From IMG/VR virus record IMGVR_UViG_3300004210_000005, positions 1-39,001 of that record: a stretch of DNA of 39,001 nucleotides, one strand, 5' to 3'. This document shows positions 26,390 to 35,755 of this stretch, piece by piece. The notes beneath the pieces were generated by a model. That model did no database searches and was not told where the DNA came from. It was given only the letters and a program-made list of their open reading frames with translations. Position numbers and translations under genes: made by a program. This stretch comes from a virus. Its lineage: Duplodnaviria; Caudoviricetes. How positions within the stretch are numbered: position 1 is the first letter of the stretch; each line of letters opens with the position of its first letter.

Positions 26390-26653
26390 ATGGACAGAGA
26401 CCATATCAGGCATGAGTTCAATGGTTTTTCTTTTACTTTTATAAATGTGAACCGCAACTTATGGATACATATCAGTTGTCCTATGTCTCACCTGCGAGTC
26501 GGTACACGACACTTTATTAGGCAAGTAGATACGTTTCGAGTTAATGAGGCGGTATTAAATGATGAGAGAATTTGGAAACTTGGATATCCTTCTTTGCCTG
26601 AAGAGTTGAGGCTGTATATTCGAAGATTTATTAGGTTGTCGGCTTTTTTATGA
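26390..26653 (+). CDS. hypothetical protein with C-terminal LxxFx tag
   Basis: ends RFIRLSAFL. Confidence 0.6.
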   Translation: MDRDHIRHEFNGFSFTFINVNRNLWIHISCPMSHLRVGTRHFIRQVDTFRVNEAVLNDERIWKLGYPSLPEELRLYIRRFIRLSAFL

Positions 26654-26669
26654 AAAGTTTGGAGAAAGA

Positions 26670-27821
26670 ATGAGTAATATCGCTATATTGGGTGCGTGTT
26701 GGGGAGATGAGGGTAAGGGACATATTACTCATTCATTTTCTAAAAAATTCGATTGGGTAATTAGATTTAATGGTGGGGCAAACGCTGGTCATACAATTTA
26801 TCGTTCCCATTATAATGGGAAGCGAATAAAATACGTTCACAACCTATTACCTTCATTTGACTGGAGAGAGTCGCATCTTAGATGTTTTTTGGCACAAGGC
26901 ATGGTAATTGATCTAGAACAACTTCATACCGAAATAATGAGGATTGAAGAGGAACAGGTGCTTTCTTGGGGTCATAAGTTTGGAGATATAGCTAAAAAAG
27001 TATATATTGATCCTGATGCTTTTGCCGTCTTGCCTGAACATAAAGAAGAAGATGCGAAAACCAACGGTCATATAGGTTCAACTAATCGTGGTATTGGTCC
27101 AGCATACAAGAGCAAGATATCCCGTAGCGGCACACGAATTAAAGATTTATTGCGAGATAAAAATGAATTTGCCATTAAGCTTCAAGAGATGGGCGTACAA
27201 TTCAAACACGTTTTAGAATTAAAACGAGAGTTTTCTAAAAGTAACTTGTTGTTTGAAGGCGCTCAAGGAGTAATGCTTGATATTAATCATGGCACATATC
27301 CTTTTGTTAGTTGTAGTGATTCGACTGTATCGGGCATTGGAGCTAGTGGATTTAATTTTGTTAAGTTAGACAACGTATATGGGGTTGCTAAGTGCTATTT
27401 AACCAAGGTTGGCGAAGGACCATTTCCCACTGAACTTCAAGGCGAAGAGGCGGAACATTTAAGAAAAATTGGCAATGAATATGGAGCGACGACTGGTAGA
27501 CCTCGACGTATTGGCTGGTTTGATTTGCCCGCTGTTAAGTATGCATGTGATAAGGGCGGTATTAACAATTTAATCATAACCAAGCTAGACATTTTAAATG
27601 GCATGGAACATGTAAAGCTTTGCGCCGCTTATGATAAAATGCCAGTGTGTCCATCTGATTTTTTTGACGCTAAAACTCAATTAATTAGATTTGCTGGATG
27701 GAAAAATTCTAAAAGATCTGATGAAACTGCTTCGTTCTTAGATTATATCAGCAATTTCTCTGGATGCCCCGTAAAGTATATTTCTACAGGAGTAGATGAC
27801 GAGGATATTATTGAGTGGTGA
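26670..27821 (+). CDS. purA: adenylosuccinate synthetase
   Basis: WGDEGKG, GGANAGHT, GSTNRGIGPAY, EGAQG, GTYPFV, GATTGRPRR, TKLD. Confidence 0.93.
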   Translation: MSNIAILGACWGDEGKGHITHSFSKKFDWVIRFNGGANAGHTIYRSHYNGKRIKYVHNLLPSFDWRESHLRCFLAQGMVIDLEQLHTEIMRIEEEQVLSWGHKFGDIAKKVYIDPDAFAVLPEHKEEDAKTNGHIGSTNRGIGPAYKSKISRSGTRIKDLLRDKNEFAIKLQEMGVQFKHVLELKREFSKSNLLFEGAQGVMLDINHGTYPFVSCSDSTVSGIGASGFNFVKLDNVYGVAKCYLTKVGEGPFPTELQGEEAEHLRKIGNEYGATTGRPRRIGWFDLPAVKYACDKGGINNLIITKLDILNGMEHVKLCAAYDKMPVCPSDFFDAKTQLIRFAGWKNSKRSDETASFLDYISNFSGCPVKYISTGVDDEDIIEW

Positions 27822-27838
27822 TATATTCCCATATCATT

Positions 27839-28882
27839 ATGGGATCTGTTCATCTAGATAAAATCAATACCAAATTCAGGCATTTAGTCGATTTGCTTAT
27901 GTTTTCTAATCGAACAGATATAGATCTGCAAGATTTTGAAATATTATTCTATGATAATTATTCTATTAATTTAGATTTTCTGTTAGATAGATTCAAGAAG
28001 TCTTGTGAAATTTTTTGGGAAAACAATGAATCTTTCTGGATTGATAGACTATCTTTTTTGCTCAAATTAAATGACAAGCCAGTTTCTAAAGGAATAGAGA
28101 AACATTTAGAAAAAAGAATGTTTTCTCTTGTAAGAAACAAGAACGATATAAGTGAAAAATATGATTTGGCGTATGTACAGTTCATAGCATATTGTAAAGT
28201 TATGTTTTATAGACAAGAAAGTTTATTATCTGTTAAAAATTATCTAACAGAGCTTCCAGCCCATGTAACAGCCGAAAAGCTAATAAAGATCGTAAAATCA
28301 TTTATTCCAACTGTATTTAAGAGCATTGATGAATATGCGGCTACAATATCTCATAAGATAGTACATTCGGCTAGAAATTTCGAGATATTACGGGCTTTAG
28401 AGAAGCAGGGCATCATAATTGATAGGCAACCATTGGTAAAATTAGCAAAAGAAATAATGGTTGAACGAGAGAGAAGCGACAAAAATATATTAGCCTTTTT
28501 CTCGTTGATTAATGATTCTCTCATATTATCTCAATTAAAATCCGATTATACGTCTAATAATAGACTGTCTCTAATGGATTTTTTATCCAACTGTGATTAT
28601 AGAATTCTTGAAGATTTTCACCTTAGAAATATTAGAAATATTATTTCTTTAGATGAAACTATAGCGGATGAGTTATCAATTATTTACATCAACAAACTAT
28701 ATGCAAGAAGAGTTAGCCATAAGCGCGCCAATGCAGATAGAATTGTTAGATTATTAAATACATTTCCTGAGATATCTCCAAAAAACATATTGGCTCATTT
28801 GTCTTCAAACAATAAGATGTATGATATTAAGTATATGATTTTAGCATTTCCAAATCTACGAAAGCTTGCCGCTTTCATATAA
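27839..28882 (+). CDS. hypothetical helical protein with C-terminal LxxFx tag
   Basis: ends NLRKLAAFI; ATG 27839 in frame with GTG 27815. Confidence 0.7.
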   Translation: MGSVHLDKINTKFRHLVDLLMFSNRTDIDLQDFEILFYDNYSINLDFLLDRFKKSCEIFWENNESFWIDRLSFLLKLNDKPVSKGIEKHLEKRMFSLVRNKNDISEKYDLAYVQFIAYCKVMFYRQESLLSVKNYLTELPAHVTAEKLIKIVKSFIPTVFKSIDEYAATISHKIVHSARNFEILRALEKQGIIIDRQPLVKLAKEIMVERERSDKNILAFFSLINDSLILSQLKSDYTSNNRLSLMDFLSNCDYRILEDFHLRNIRNIISLDETIADELSIIYINKLYARRVSHKRANADRIVRLLNTFPEISPKNILAHLSSNNKMYDIKYMILAFPNLRKLAAFI

Positions 28883-28892
28883 AGGGTTTACC

Positions 28893-29102
28893 ATGTTATG
28901 GAACGAATTAGAGTATGACACTCAGAGCACAATTCTGCTAAAAATTCTCAGCCTCATAGATGATGAACGAGATAAGAAAACGCGTGCCGCATTAATGGCA
29001 GCATTTCTTGAATTAAGAATGTGGAGTAACTTCCCATGTCAGGTTATAGAAGAAGAGTCTCTGACGGTAGCCGAGGCGCAAGATCAGTATGAGGATTGTT
29101 AA
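28893..29102 (+). CDS. hypothetical protein
   Basis: ATG 28893 after AAGGG SD. Confidence 0.6.
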   Translation: MLWNELEYDTQSTILLKILSLIDDERDKKTRAALMAAFLELRMWSNFPCQVIEEESLTVAEAQDQYEDC

Positions 29103-29328
29103 AGAGTTTCATAGCACTGAATATGCTCAAAAGATATCACCAGGATATGATAATCCGTATATAATATGGGGGCTTGGTGATGATGGCAATCTTTATGCTA
29201 AATATAGTGTTTCTGGATATCATTCAGAAAAGAATTGGCACAGATCGGACTTAATTAGATTTGGTTTAACTATTGGAGAAATGAAAAGAATAGTTAATGA
29301 ATTTGGTCATTTAATAATTTTTACCTGA
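29089..29328 (+). CDS. hypothetical protein with C-terminal LxxFx tag
   Basis: ends EFGHLIIFT. Confidence 0.65.
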   Translation: MRIVKEFHSTEYAQKISPGYDNPYIIWGLGDDGNLYAKYSVSGYHSEKNWHRSDLIRFGLTIGEMKRIVNEFGHLIIFT

Positions 29329-29337
29329 GAATAAAAT

Positions 29338-30480
29338 ATGAAGCACATTGTAATTGATACTATTATAAAGAATAGTCCACATTTAGGTTGGGTTGATGGG
29401 CGAACCGTACTGCTTGTTCGTCATGGTTCTCATGCTTATGGAACTAGCACGCCCGAAAGTGACGAGGATTTTAAAGGGATTGCAATCCCTCCAAAAGCAT
29501 ATTTTTTGGGCTCTCAGCTTCGTTTCGAACAAGCTGAACTTCATGATCCTGATGCTGTTATTTATGATCTGAGAAAGTTTTTTGTATTAGCGGCAGACTG
29601 CAACCCTAATATCATTGAGGTCTTACATACAGATCCGTCTGACCATTGCATTGTAGACCCTATTGGTGAGATAATCTTAGAACATAAGTATGATTTCTTA
29701 TCCAAGAAAGTAAAACATACCTTTATGGGATATTCTATCTCTCAATTAAAGAGAATCAAGACTCATAAGAAATGGATTATGAATCCTCCTAAGACACCAC
29801 CTACCAGAGCAGAGTTGGGACTTCCAGAACAGACCTTGATTCCTCAAGACCAGTTAATGGCAGCGCATGCTGAAGTACAAAAAGAATTAGATAGATTCCA
29901 ATTTGACTTTTTAGAGGGTCTAGATGATTCTACAAAGATTGGTATTCAGAACACGATGACATCTATGCTTGCTGAACTAAAAATCACTTCAGATCAGCAT
30001 TGGCAGGCGGCGGCTAGAAAGATTGGATTTGATGATAACCTGATTGAAGTCATGAAGCGTGAACGAGAATATTCTGCCAAAAAGAAGGAGTGGGATCAAT
30101 ACCAAAACTGGAAAAAGACCCGTAATCCTGCGCGTGCAGCTTTAGAGGAAAAATTCGGATATGATACCAAACATGCCTATCACTTGGTAAGATTAATTCG
30201 TATGTGCAGAGAAATACTAACTACAGGAAAAGTTATAGTAAAACGTCCAGATAGAGAAGAATTATTGGCAATTAGAAAGGGCGCTTGGACATATGACCAA
30301 TTAATTGAGTTCGCGGATAGTGAAGATGCCGCACTTAATAAACTGTATGCTACCTGTGACGTTCTTCCAAAACAACCAAATAAAGAGAAATTGGATGCAT
30401 TATGCATTCAATTAGTAGAGAAGTCACTGTCCAAGTATTCTTGGTATAATGTTCAGAAGTTTTTAAGAAAGCTGGTTTAA
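29338..30480 (+). CDS. predicted nucleotidyltransferase (YcgL/phage Pol-beta-like family)
   Basis: GSHAYG..SDEDFKG, NPNIIE, YDTKHAYHLVRL. Confidence 0.87.
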   Translation: MKHIVIDTIIKNSPHLGWVDGRTVLLVRHGSHAYGTSTPESDEDFKGIAIPPKAYFLGSQLRFEQAELHDPDAVIYDLRKFFVLAADCNPNIIEVLHTDPSDHCIVDPIGEIILEHKYDFLSKKVKHTFMGYSISQLKRIKTHKKWIMNPPKTPPTRAELGLPEQTLIPQDQLMAAHAEVQKELDRFQFDFLEGLDDSTKIGIQNTMTSMLAELKITSDQHWQAAARKIGFDDNLIEVMKREREYSAKKKEWDQYQNWKKTRNPARAALEEKFGYDTKHAYHLVRLIRMCREILTTGKVIVKRPDREELLAIRKGAWTYDQLIEFADSEDAALNKLYATCDVLPKQPNKEKLDALCIQLVEKSLSKYSWYNVQKFLRKLV

Positions 30481-30486
30481 TAGGAC

Positions 30487-30885
30487 ATGATTGCGTTATT
30501 ATTAACTGCAGTTGTTGAAATTGGATTTGCGCTTATAGTTGGCGTTATATTGTATCAAATATTATTGTCTGGTCCAATTAAGCGTTGGCTAGTAGCTAGG
30601 CGCAAGAGACATGATGCTTTTAATAGTGCCAATAATATTGCTCAAGTAAAACTATTATCTGAAAATGTAAAAGACATTGAGAAGTTTATTGAAAACAATG
30701 CTACTTATTTATCAGGTGAGATTATAAAAAAGCTGGTGGCAAGACTTGAATACCTTAAAGCTGATAAGGTTGTTAAAGATGACGATCTAAAGAAGAGGGT
30801 TCAAGTCATGTTGCCGGTTTTAGAGAAAGCATATGAAGATGCTGTAGAGATAGAAAGCGGAACAAGGAAAGTTAGGAGACGATAA
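30487..30885 (+). CDS. hypothetical membrane-anchored protein
   Basis: N-terminal hydrophobic helix followed by a basic patch. Confidence 0.7.
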   Translation: MIALLLTAVVEIGFALIVGVILYQILLSGPIKRWLVARRKRHDAFNSANNIAQVKLLSENVKDIEKFIENNATYLSGEIIKKLVARLEYLKADKVVKDDDLKKRVQVMLPVLEKAYEDAVEIESGTRKVRRR

Positions 30886-31433
30886 TGAGTCAAGTTTTAG
30901 TTGTTGATGTTGAATCAACTTGTTGGGAACCAGCATATACCCAACCAAAAAATGAAATTTCTGAGATTATAGAGATTGGTGTTAGTGTTGTTGATATTAA
31001 TAGGCTGACAATTCTTTCTAGCGAATCGATCCTGATAAAGCCCCAACGATCAAAACAAAGTGATTTTTGTATCAGGCTCACTTCAATTACTCCTGAAATG
31101 CTAAAAGATGGCATCACTTATCAAATGGCTTGTCATCATCTAGAAACCCAATATCAATCTTATAATAAGACCATGGTAAGTTGGGGTGATTATGATCGAA
31201 CGATGTTCAACCGATGCTGCTCGGAGTACGGTTGTAAATACCCTTTTGGCAAGCGCCACATGAATCTTAAAAATACTTTCACCATCCTACACGGGCTAAG
31301 CCGTGAGCCGGGAATGGACGCTGCCTTGAAGATGTTAGACATTCCACTAGAAGGTACGCACCATCGAGGTGGAGATGATGCAAAAAATATAGCAAAGATT
31401 TTGGTTCATACTTTATCTAAGTTTAGACAATAA
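30885..31433 (+). CDS. DEDDh 3'-5' exonuclease (ERI-1/KapD-like)
   Basis: DVESTC, EIIEIG, WGDYD, HHRGGDDA. Confidence 0.9.
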   Translation: MSQVLVVDVESTCWEPAYTQPKNEISEIIEIGVSVVDINRLTILSSESILIKPQRSKQSDFCIRLTSITPEMLKDGITYQMACHHLETQYQSYNKTMVSWGDYDRTMFNRCCSEYGCKYPFGKRHMNLKNTFTILHGLSREPGMDAALKMLDIPLEGTHHRGGDDAKNIAKILVHTLSKFRQ

Positions 31434-31439
31434 AGCATA

Positions 31440-32366
31440 ATGCCTCACTTATTTGAGTTATTAAGACGATTAGAAAATCCAATTGTACCTGATAACTTGG
31501 TTTCACAAATTAAAAGTGATCATAGTAATGATATCCATATGGTGCAAACTTATTTTATCTCTAGGATAAGAGAGGGTATAAGTTTTCAATCAGTGCTGAA
31601 TATTATGACTCATAGCGAAAGATCCAAAGATCTTCTTTCTATAGACGGTCAACTTAACGAAGTAATAGTTTGGCAGTATTTCAAAAAAGAACATCCAGAG
31701 TATCTAATTAATTTGATTGATAAAGATCCTAGATCTAAAAGACCATTGAAATTTGATTTAGCATCTTATATGTCAGAATTAACAATAACCGAAATTAATA
31801 TGGCAGTTAGCGATATTGCAGGTTCTACCAATATTGAAGAACGTGATCTATATTATCTTATTATAAATTCTTATTGGCAAGACCATATTAGATCTGGTGT
31901 TAGAGAGCAGATGCTCGTGGACAGTTTAACATTAAAAATCAAATATTCATTGTTGTGTGATGCTATAAAAACTGGTCACTGGATTTTCCCAAAAATTAGA
32001 GACCATATTGAAAATAAATACTTCTATAAATTCATCCAAGATAGGTTATCAGATAATTCAGAATTGTGTATGGCAATAAGACAGGCTCCGTTTAGCATTT
32101 CTTTTATGTGCCACCCTACGTTTCAAAAATGTTTATTTGAAAAATACCTGCAAATACCAAATACTATACAGTATATTTTTGAAAAAGCCATTGAGCAATC
32201 AGATGCTATACTCTTGTCTTCTATGGGCGGCGTGTATAACAAAAAAGAAGTGTTAAGAGCGTTAGTTCTAATTGCAGAAACGACCGGGCAGATTAAACCC
32301 ATGGATGAATTCATTATAAAATATAAGACAAGTAATGAGATCAAAAATCTAATCCCCTTTATATGA
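31440..32366 (+). CDS. hypothetical helical protein with C-terminal LxxFx tag
   Basis: ends EIKNLIPFI. Confidence 0.7.
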   Translation: MPHLFELLRRLENPIVPDNLVSQIKSDHSNDIHMVQTYFISRIREGISFQSVLNIMTHSERSKDLLSIDGQLNEVIVWQYFKKEHPEYLINLIDKDPRSKRPLKFDLASYMSELTITEINMAVSDIAGSTNIEERDLYYLIINSYWQDHIRSGVREQMLVDSLTLKIKYSLLCDAIKTGHWIFPKIRDHIENKYFYKFIQDRLSDNSELCMAIRQAPFSISFMCHPTFQKCLFEKYLQIPNTIQYIFEKAIEQSDAILLSSMGGVYNKKEVLRALVLIAETTGQIKPMDEFIIKYKTSNEIKNLIPFI

Positions 32367-32410
32367 CATAAGTCTATGTTATATAGATATATGATATTTA
32401 AAGGGAAAAC

Positions 32411-33520
32411 ATGACAAATGCATTAAATCTGCCAGAGATAGACCAAGAACAAGCCTTTAATCTAAGCAAATTTTTTATCAAGTCACAAAAGAACTTATTT
32501 CTTTTTGGACGACGTGGCGTAGGTAAAACGGAGATTGTTCTACAAGCAGCAAAGGAATGTAATATTAAAGTTAATTACATCAACCTTAGTGTTATTGAGC
32601 GTCCTGATTTGGCTGGCTATCCAGATATCAATGCACCAGGAGATATGGTAACGTTTAAGTCTCCTTTTTTTCTACCTAAACTAAGTGACGGCGAAGATGC
32701 GGATAGTATTATTCTGTTTGATGAAGTAGATAAGGCGCCGTGTGAAGTTACCGCTCCACTATTAGAAATTTTGCAATTTAAAAAGATTAATGGTAAAAAG
32801 ATTAATGTAATATCTTGCATTCTTACTGGCAACTTAATTAATGAGGGAGCGAATTCTAATCTGGTTAGCTCTGCATTATTAGATCGTGGAGCTAAATACA
32901 TTTTATCTTTTAATTTTGAAAAGTGGGTAGATTGGGCAAAGACGCACAATGTACACGATTTAATCTTGGGATTTTTAAGAAGCAATCCAGAGTTTGCTTG
33001 TGGCAAAACTGAAGATATAACTTACGCTAACCCGTCACCTCGTGGATGGACATTAGCTTCTGATGCATTAATACAAGCTAAAGAATTAAAGATAATTGAT
33101 ATTGATTCTGTAGCACAAATTATTTCAGGATTTGTTGGAAGTGAGGCTGGATTAAGATTCAAAATTTGGTATGAGCATTATAGAAAATTTGAGCCATTTG
33201 TTTATTCATTGATTGAAAGTGGATCTATGAATCTAAACTACCATGAACTGACTCCAACAGAGAAGGTGGTGTTTGTGGTAACGGCTTGTTATTTTGCAAA
33301 ACAAAAGGTGTTTCAAGATCCTAAATCTAAAAACAGATTTGTTTCTTTGGAACACTTATGCAACTTCTTGCTATCTAACAATGTAGATCATGAAGTGCAA
33401 GTAATGGGTCTATATAATTCGTTTGATTTCGAAATGATCGCCCAGAATAGACTCTATGAATGTAAACCATTCTTTGAGCTATTTCAAAAATTAAACGAAA
33501 ATATCACGCTAAAAAAATAG
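32411..33520 (+). CDS. MoxR-like AAA+ ATPase (copy 2, paralog of 19914..21041)
   Basis: GRRGVGKT, NLSVIERPDLAGYP, LFDEVDK, TGN, LLDR, PSPRGW. Confidence 0.88.
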   Translation: MTNALNLPEIDQEQAFNLSKFFIKSQKNLFLFGRRGVGKTEIVLQAAKECNIKVNYINLSVIERPDLAGYPDINAPGDMVTFKSPFFLPKLSDGEDADSIILFDEVDKAPCEVTAPLLEILQFKKINGKKINVISCILTGNLINEGANSNLVSSALLDRGAKYILSFNFEKWVDWAKTHNVHDLILGFLRSNPEFACGKTEDITYANPSPRGWTLASDALIQAKELKIIDIDSVAQIISGFVGSEAGLRFKIWYEHYRKFEPFVYSLIESGSMNLNYHELTPTEKVVFVVTACYFAKQKVFQDPKSKNRFVSLEHLCNFLLSNNVDHEVQVMGLYNSFDFEMIAQNRLYECKPFFELFQKLNENITLKK

Positions 33521-33529
33521 CTGCCACCC

Positions 33530-33557
33530 TTGACTTTAATTTTTTAAGATACACATT
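33530..33557 (+). promoter_or_regulatory. promoter-like repeat upstream of thioredoxin
   Basis: TTGACT-N16-CACATT; near-identical to 23251-23280. Confidence 0.6.
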
Positions 33558-33574
33558 GTGTTATGAGGAGAGCT

Positions 33575-33904
33575 ATGAGTACAGTTTTACATGTTAATGA
33601 TAGTGATTTTGAATCTGAAGTAATAAATTCTGATAAGCCAGTTCTAGTTGATTTTAGTGCTTCATGGTGTGGACCATGCCAACGATTAGCTCCCATCCTA
33701 GAACAGTTTGCGGTTCGAAATGACAAACTAGTTAAAGTTTGTAAACTTGATATAGACGAATCTTCGCAAACAGCATCACGATATGCAATCAGAAGCGTAC
33801 CAACAGTTATGTTGTTTGTTAATGGAAAACGAGCGGATACAAAGGTTGGGTTAGCTTCATTAGCTATGCTAGAATCAATGCTGACATCCGCACTTAGTAA
33901 GTAA
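33575..33904 (+). CDS. trxA: thioredoxin
   Basis: WCGPC active site; ATG 33575 after GAGGAG. Confidence 0.93.
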   Translation: MSTVLHVNDSDFESEVINSDKPVLVDFSASWCGPCQRLAPILEQFAVRNDKLVKVCKLDIDESSQTASRYAIRSVPTVMLFVNGKRADTKVGLASLAMLESMLTSALSK

Positions 33905-33915
33905 GGTAAATTAAA

Positions 33916-33975
33916 ATGTCAATAGTTATGGGCTATCCAGCCTCTGTCTATCAATATTTATTTATATTAGCATGA
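33916..33975 (+). pseudogene. orphaned original N-terminus of the downstream polynucleotide kinase
   Basis: TAAGGT SD + MSIVMGYPAS(VYQYLFILA*), a Walker A cut off before GKS; stop overlaps the endonuclease ATG. Confidence 0.7.
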
Positions 33976-34781
33976 GCGAGTATAAAAGGAACTGTCCTAA
34001 ATGTAATAAAGAAATTCTTTATAAGCATAAGTGTAGTTTTACTGTTGCCTTAAAAAAGGATTCTGTTTGTAGATCTTGTATGCAAAGTGGTAAGAATAAT
34101 CACTTTTTTAATAAGAAACACACAGTTGAATCAAGACAAAAAATGAGTAGATTTCAATCTATAGATAGACAATTTACTAATGAGCAAAAAGAACAGGCAA
34201 AACAACAATTATTAAAAGTTACAAATAATCGTCCATTATATGATATTTGGTTAGAAAAATATGGTGAAAATATTGCTAACCAAAAGTTAAATGATTTTAA
34301 ATACAAACTTTCAAAAAGAAATTCTGGTGAAGGAAATCCTATGTTTGGTAAACCATCACCACAAGGTAGTGGAAATGGTTGGTCAGGATGGTATAATGGA
34401 TGGTTTTTTAGATCTATTCGAGAACTATCTTATATGATATTGATAATAGAGAAGAATAATTTAAGCTGGGCAGTTCCAAATAAAACATTCAGGATATCAT
34501 ATTTAGATCATACGGGAAAGAAAAGAACTTATCTTCCAGATTTTATAATAAATGGCAATAAAATTATAGAAATAAAACCAACTAAGTTACACAATTCACC
34601 AAAAATTATTGCAAAAAGCAATGCTGCCAAGAGATTTTGTAGAGATAGGTCATTTAGTTATGAAATTGTGGATCCAGAAGTATTGACTTATGATCAGATA
34701 TTAAAGTTATATTTTGAAAATAAAATAAAATTTCTACCAAAATATGATAAAAAGTTTAGAGAAAGATATTTAAATGAGTAA
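33972..34781 (+). mobile_element. free-standing homing-type endonuclease (Zn ribbon, NUMOD3-like motifs, TnsA-like PD-(D/E)xK domain)
   Basis: CPKC..CRSC, GKNNHFFNKKHT..SRQKMS, GEGNPMFGK, FRS..E, YLPDF..IEIKP. Confidence 0.8.
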
Positions 34782-35712
34782 AGTTATATTAGTATGTGGC
34801 GCGCCCGCATCTGGTAAAAGCACTATCACAAGAAATTTGGTACAAGAACAAGGATTCATCTCTCTTAATAGAGATACAGAAGGCGGCACAATTGTTTCAT
34901 TACTTCCTAAAATGGAAGCTTTATTGAAAGATAATAAAGATGTAGTTCTGGATAACCTATTTCCCACTGTTGAAGTTCGAAAACCATTTCTTGAAATGGC
35001 TAAAAAGCATGGAGCAACCATTAACTGTGTATTAATGGGAACATCTATTGAAGATGCTGCTTTTAATGTTATTCAAAGGGCTTTTGGAATTATTGGCAAG
35101 TTTCCGTCTCCAGAGGCAATAAAAGAGGCGAAACATACAAATGTTTTCCCGCCCCTGGTACTATTCAAGTATAAAAAGGAATTTCAAAAACCAACACTTG
35201 CTGAAGGTTTTTCCAAAATTGATACGATTCCATTTGTTCGCAAGGATGATCCTACGTTTACCAATAAGGCTGTCATTGTAGATTATGATGGCACACTTCG
35301 TGAATGTATTGGAGGAAATGGAAAGTACCCTGTAACAAAAGATCAGATTAAGCTAATGCCTGGTCGTAAAGCTGTGCTGCAATCCTATAAGGATAAGGGA
35401 TACCTTTTACTTGGAGCTTCTAATCAAAGCGGCATAGCTAAAGATGAGTTATCTAATGAAACTGCTATTGAATTATTTAAACATACAAATAAACTATTAG
35501 GCATTGATATAGAATATAAATTCTGTCCACATAGGTCTGCTCCATTATCTTGTTATTGTAGAAAACCCATGCAGGGCATGTTTATTGATTTTATGCTTAA
35601 ATACAAACTAAATAGAAAAGAATCAATTTTTGTAGGTGATATGACAACAGATCGTACGGCAGCAACAAGATTTGGTTGCACATATATAGACCAAGCCGAA
35701 TTCTTTAAATGA
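34774..35712 (+). CDS. polynucleotide kinase + HAD-IIIA phosphatase (PNKP-like)
   Basis: GAPASGKST, NRD, LDN; DYDGTL, SNQSG, CRKP, FVGD. Confidence 0.85.
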   Translation: MSKVILVCGAPASGKSTITRNLVQEQGFISLNRDTEGGTIVSLLPKMEALLKDNKDVVLDNLFPTVEVRKPFLEMAKKHGATINCVLMGTSIEDAAFNVIQRAFGIIGKFPSPEAIKEAKHTNVFPPLVLFKYKKEFQKPTLAEGFSKIDTIPFVRKDDPTFTNKAVIVDYDGTLRECIGGNGKYPVTKDQIKLMPGRKAVLQSYKDKGYLLLGASNQSGIAKDELSNETAIELFKHTNKLLGIDIEYKFCPHRSAPLSCYCRKPMQGMFIDFMLKYKLNRKESIFVGDMTTDRTAATRFGCTYIDQAEFFK

Positions 35713-35755
35713 TCATTAAATGCATTATCAAAATTGAAGATTTGGAGAAAGTATT

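Noticed and set aside
26670-27821. PurZ (2-aminoadenine, Z-genome)
   Set aside because: The P-loop is GDEGKG with the PurA catalytic Asp, not the Ser of PurZ (GSTGKG)
7-32392. GATATAT as a second promoter class (7, 5596, 17866, 27820, 32386)
   Set aside because: Often upstream of genes, but it also occurs inside CDSs and is expected several times by chance in AT-rich DNA; needs genome-wide statistics
33946-34813. Group I intron in the kinase gene
   Set aside because: The insert is almost entirely endonuclease ORF with no room for a ribozyme core, no in-frame U|...G| junction fits, and the downstream gene has its own complete start and P-loop
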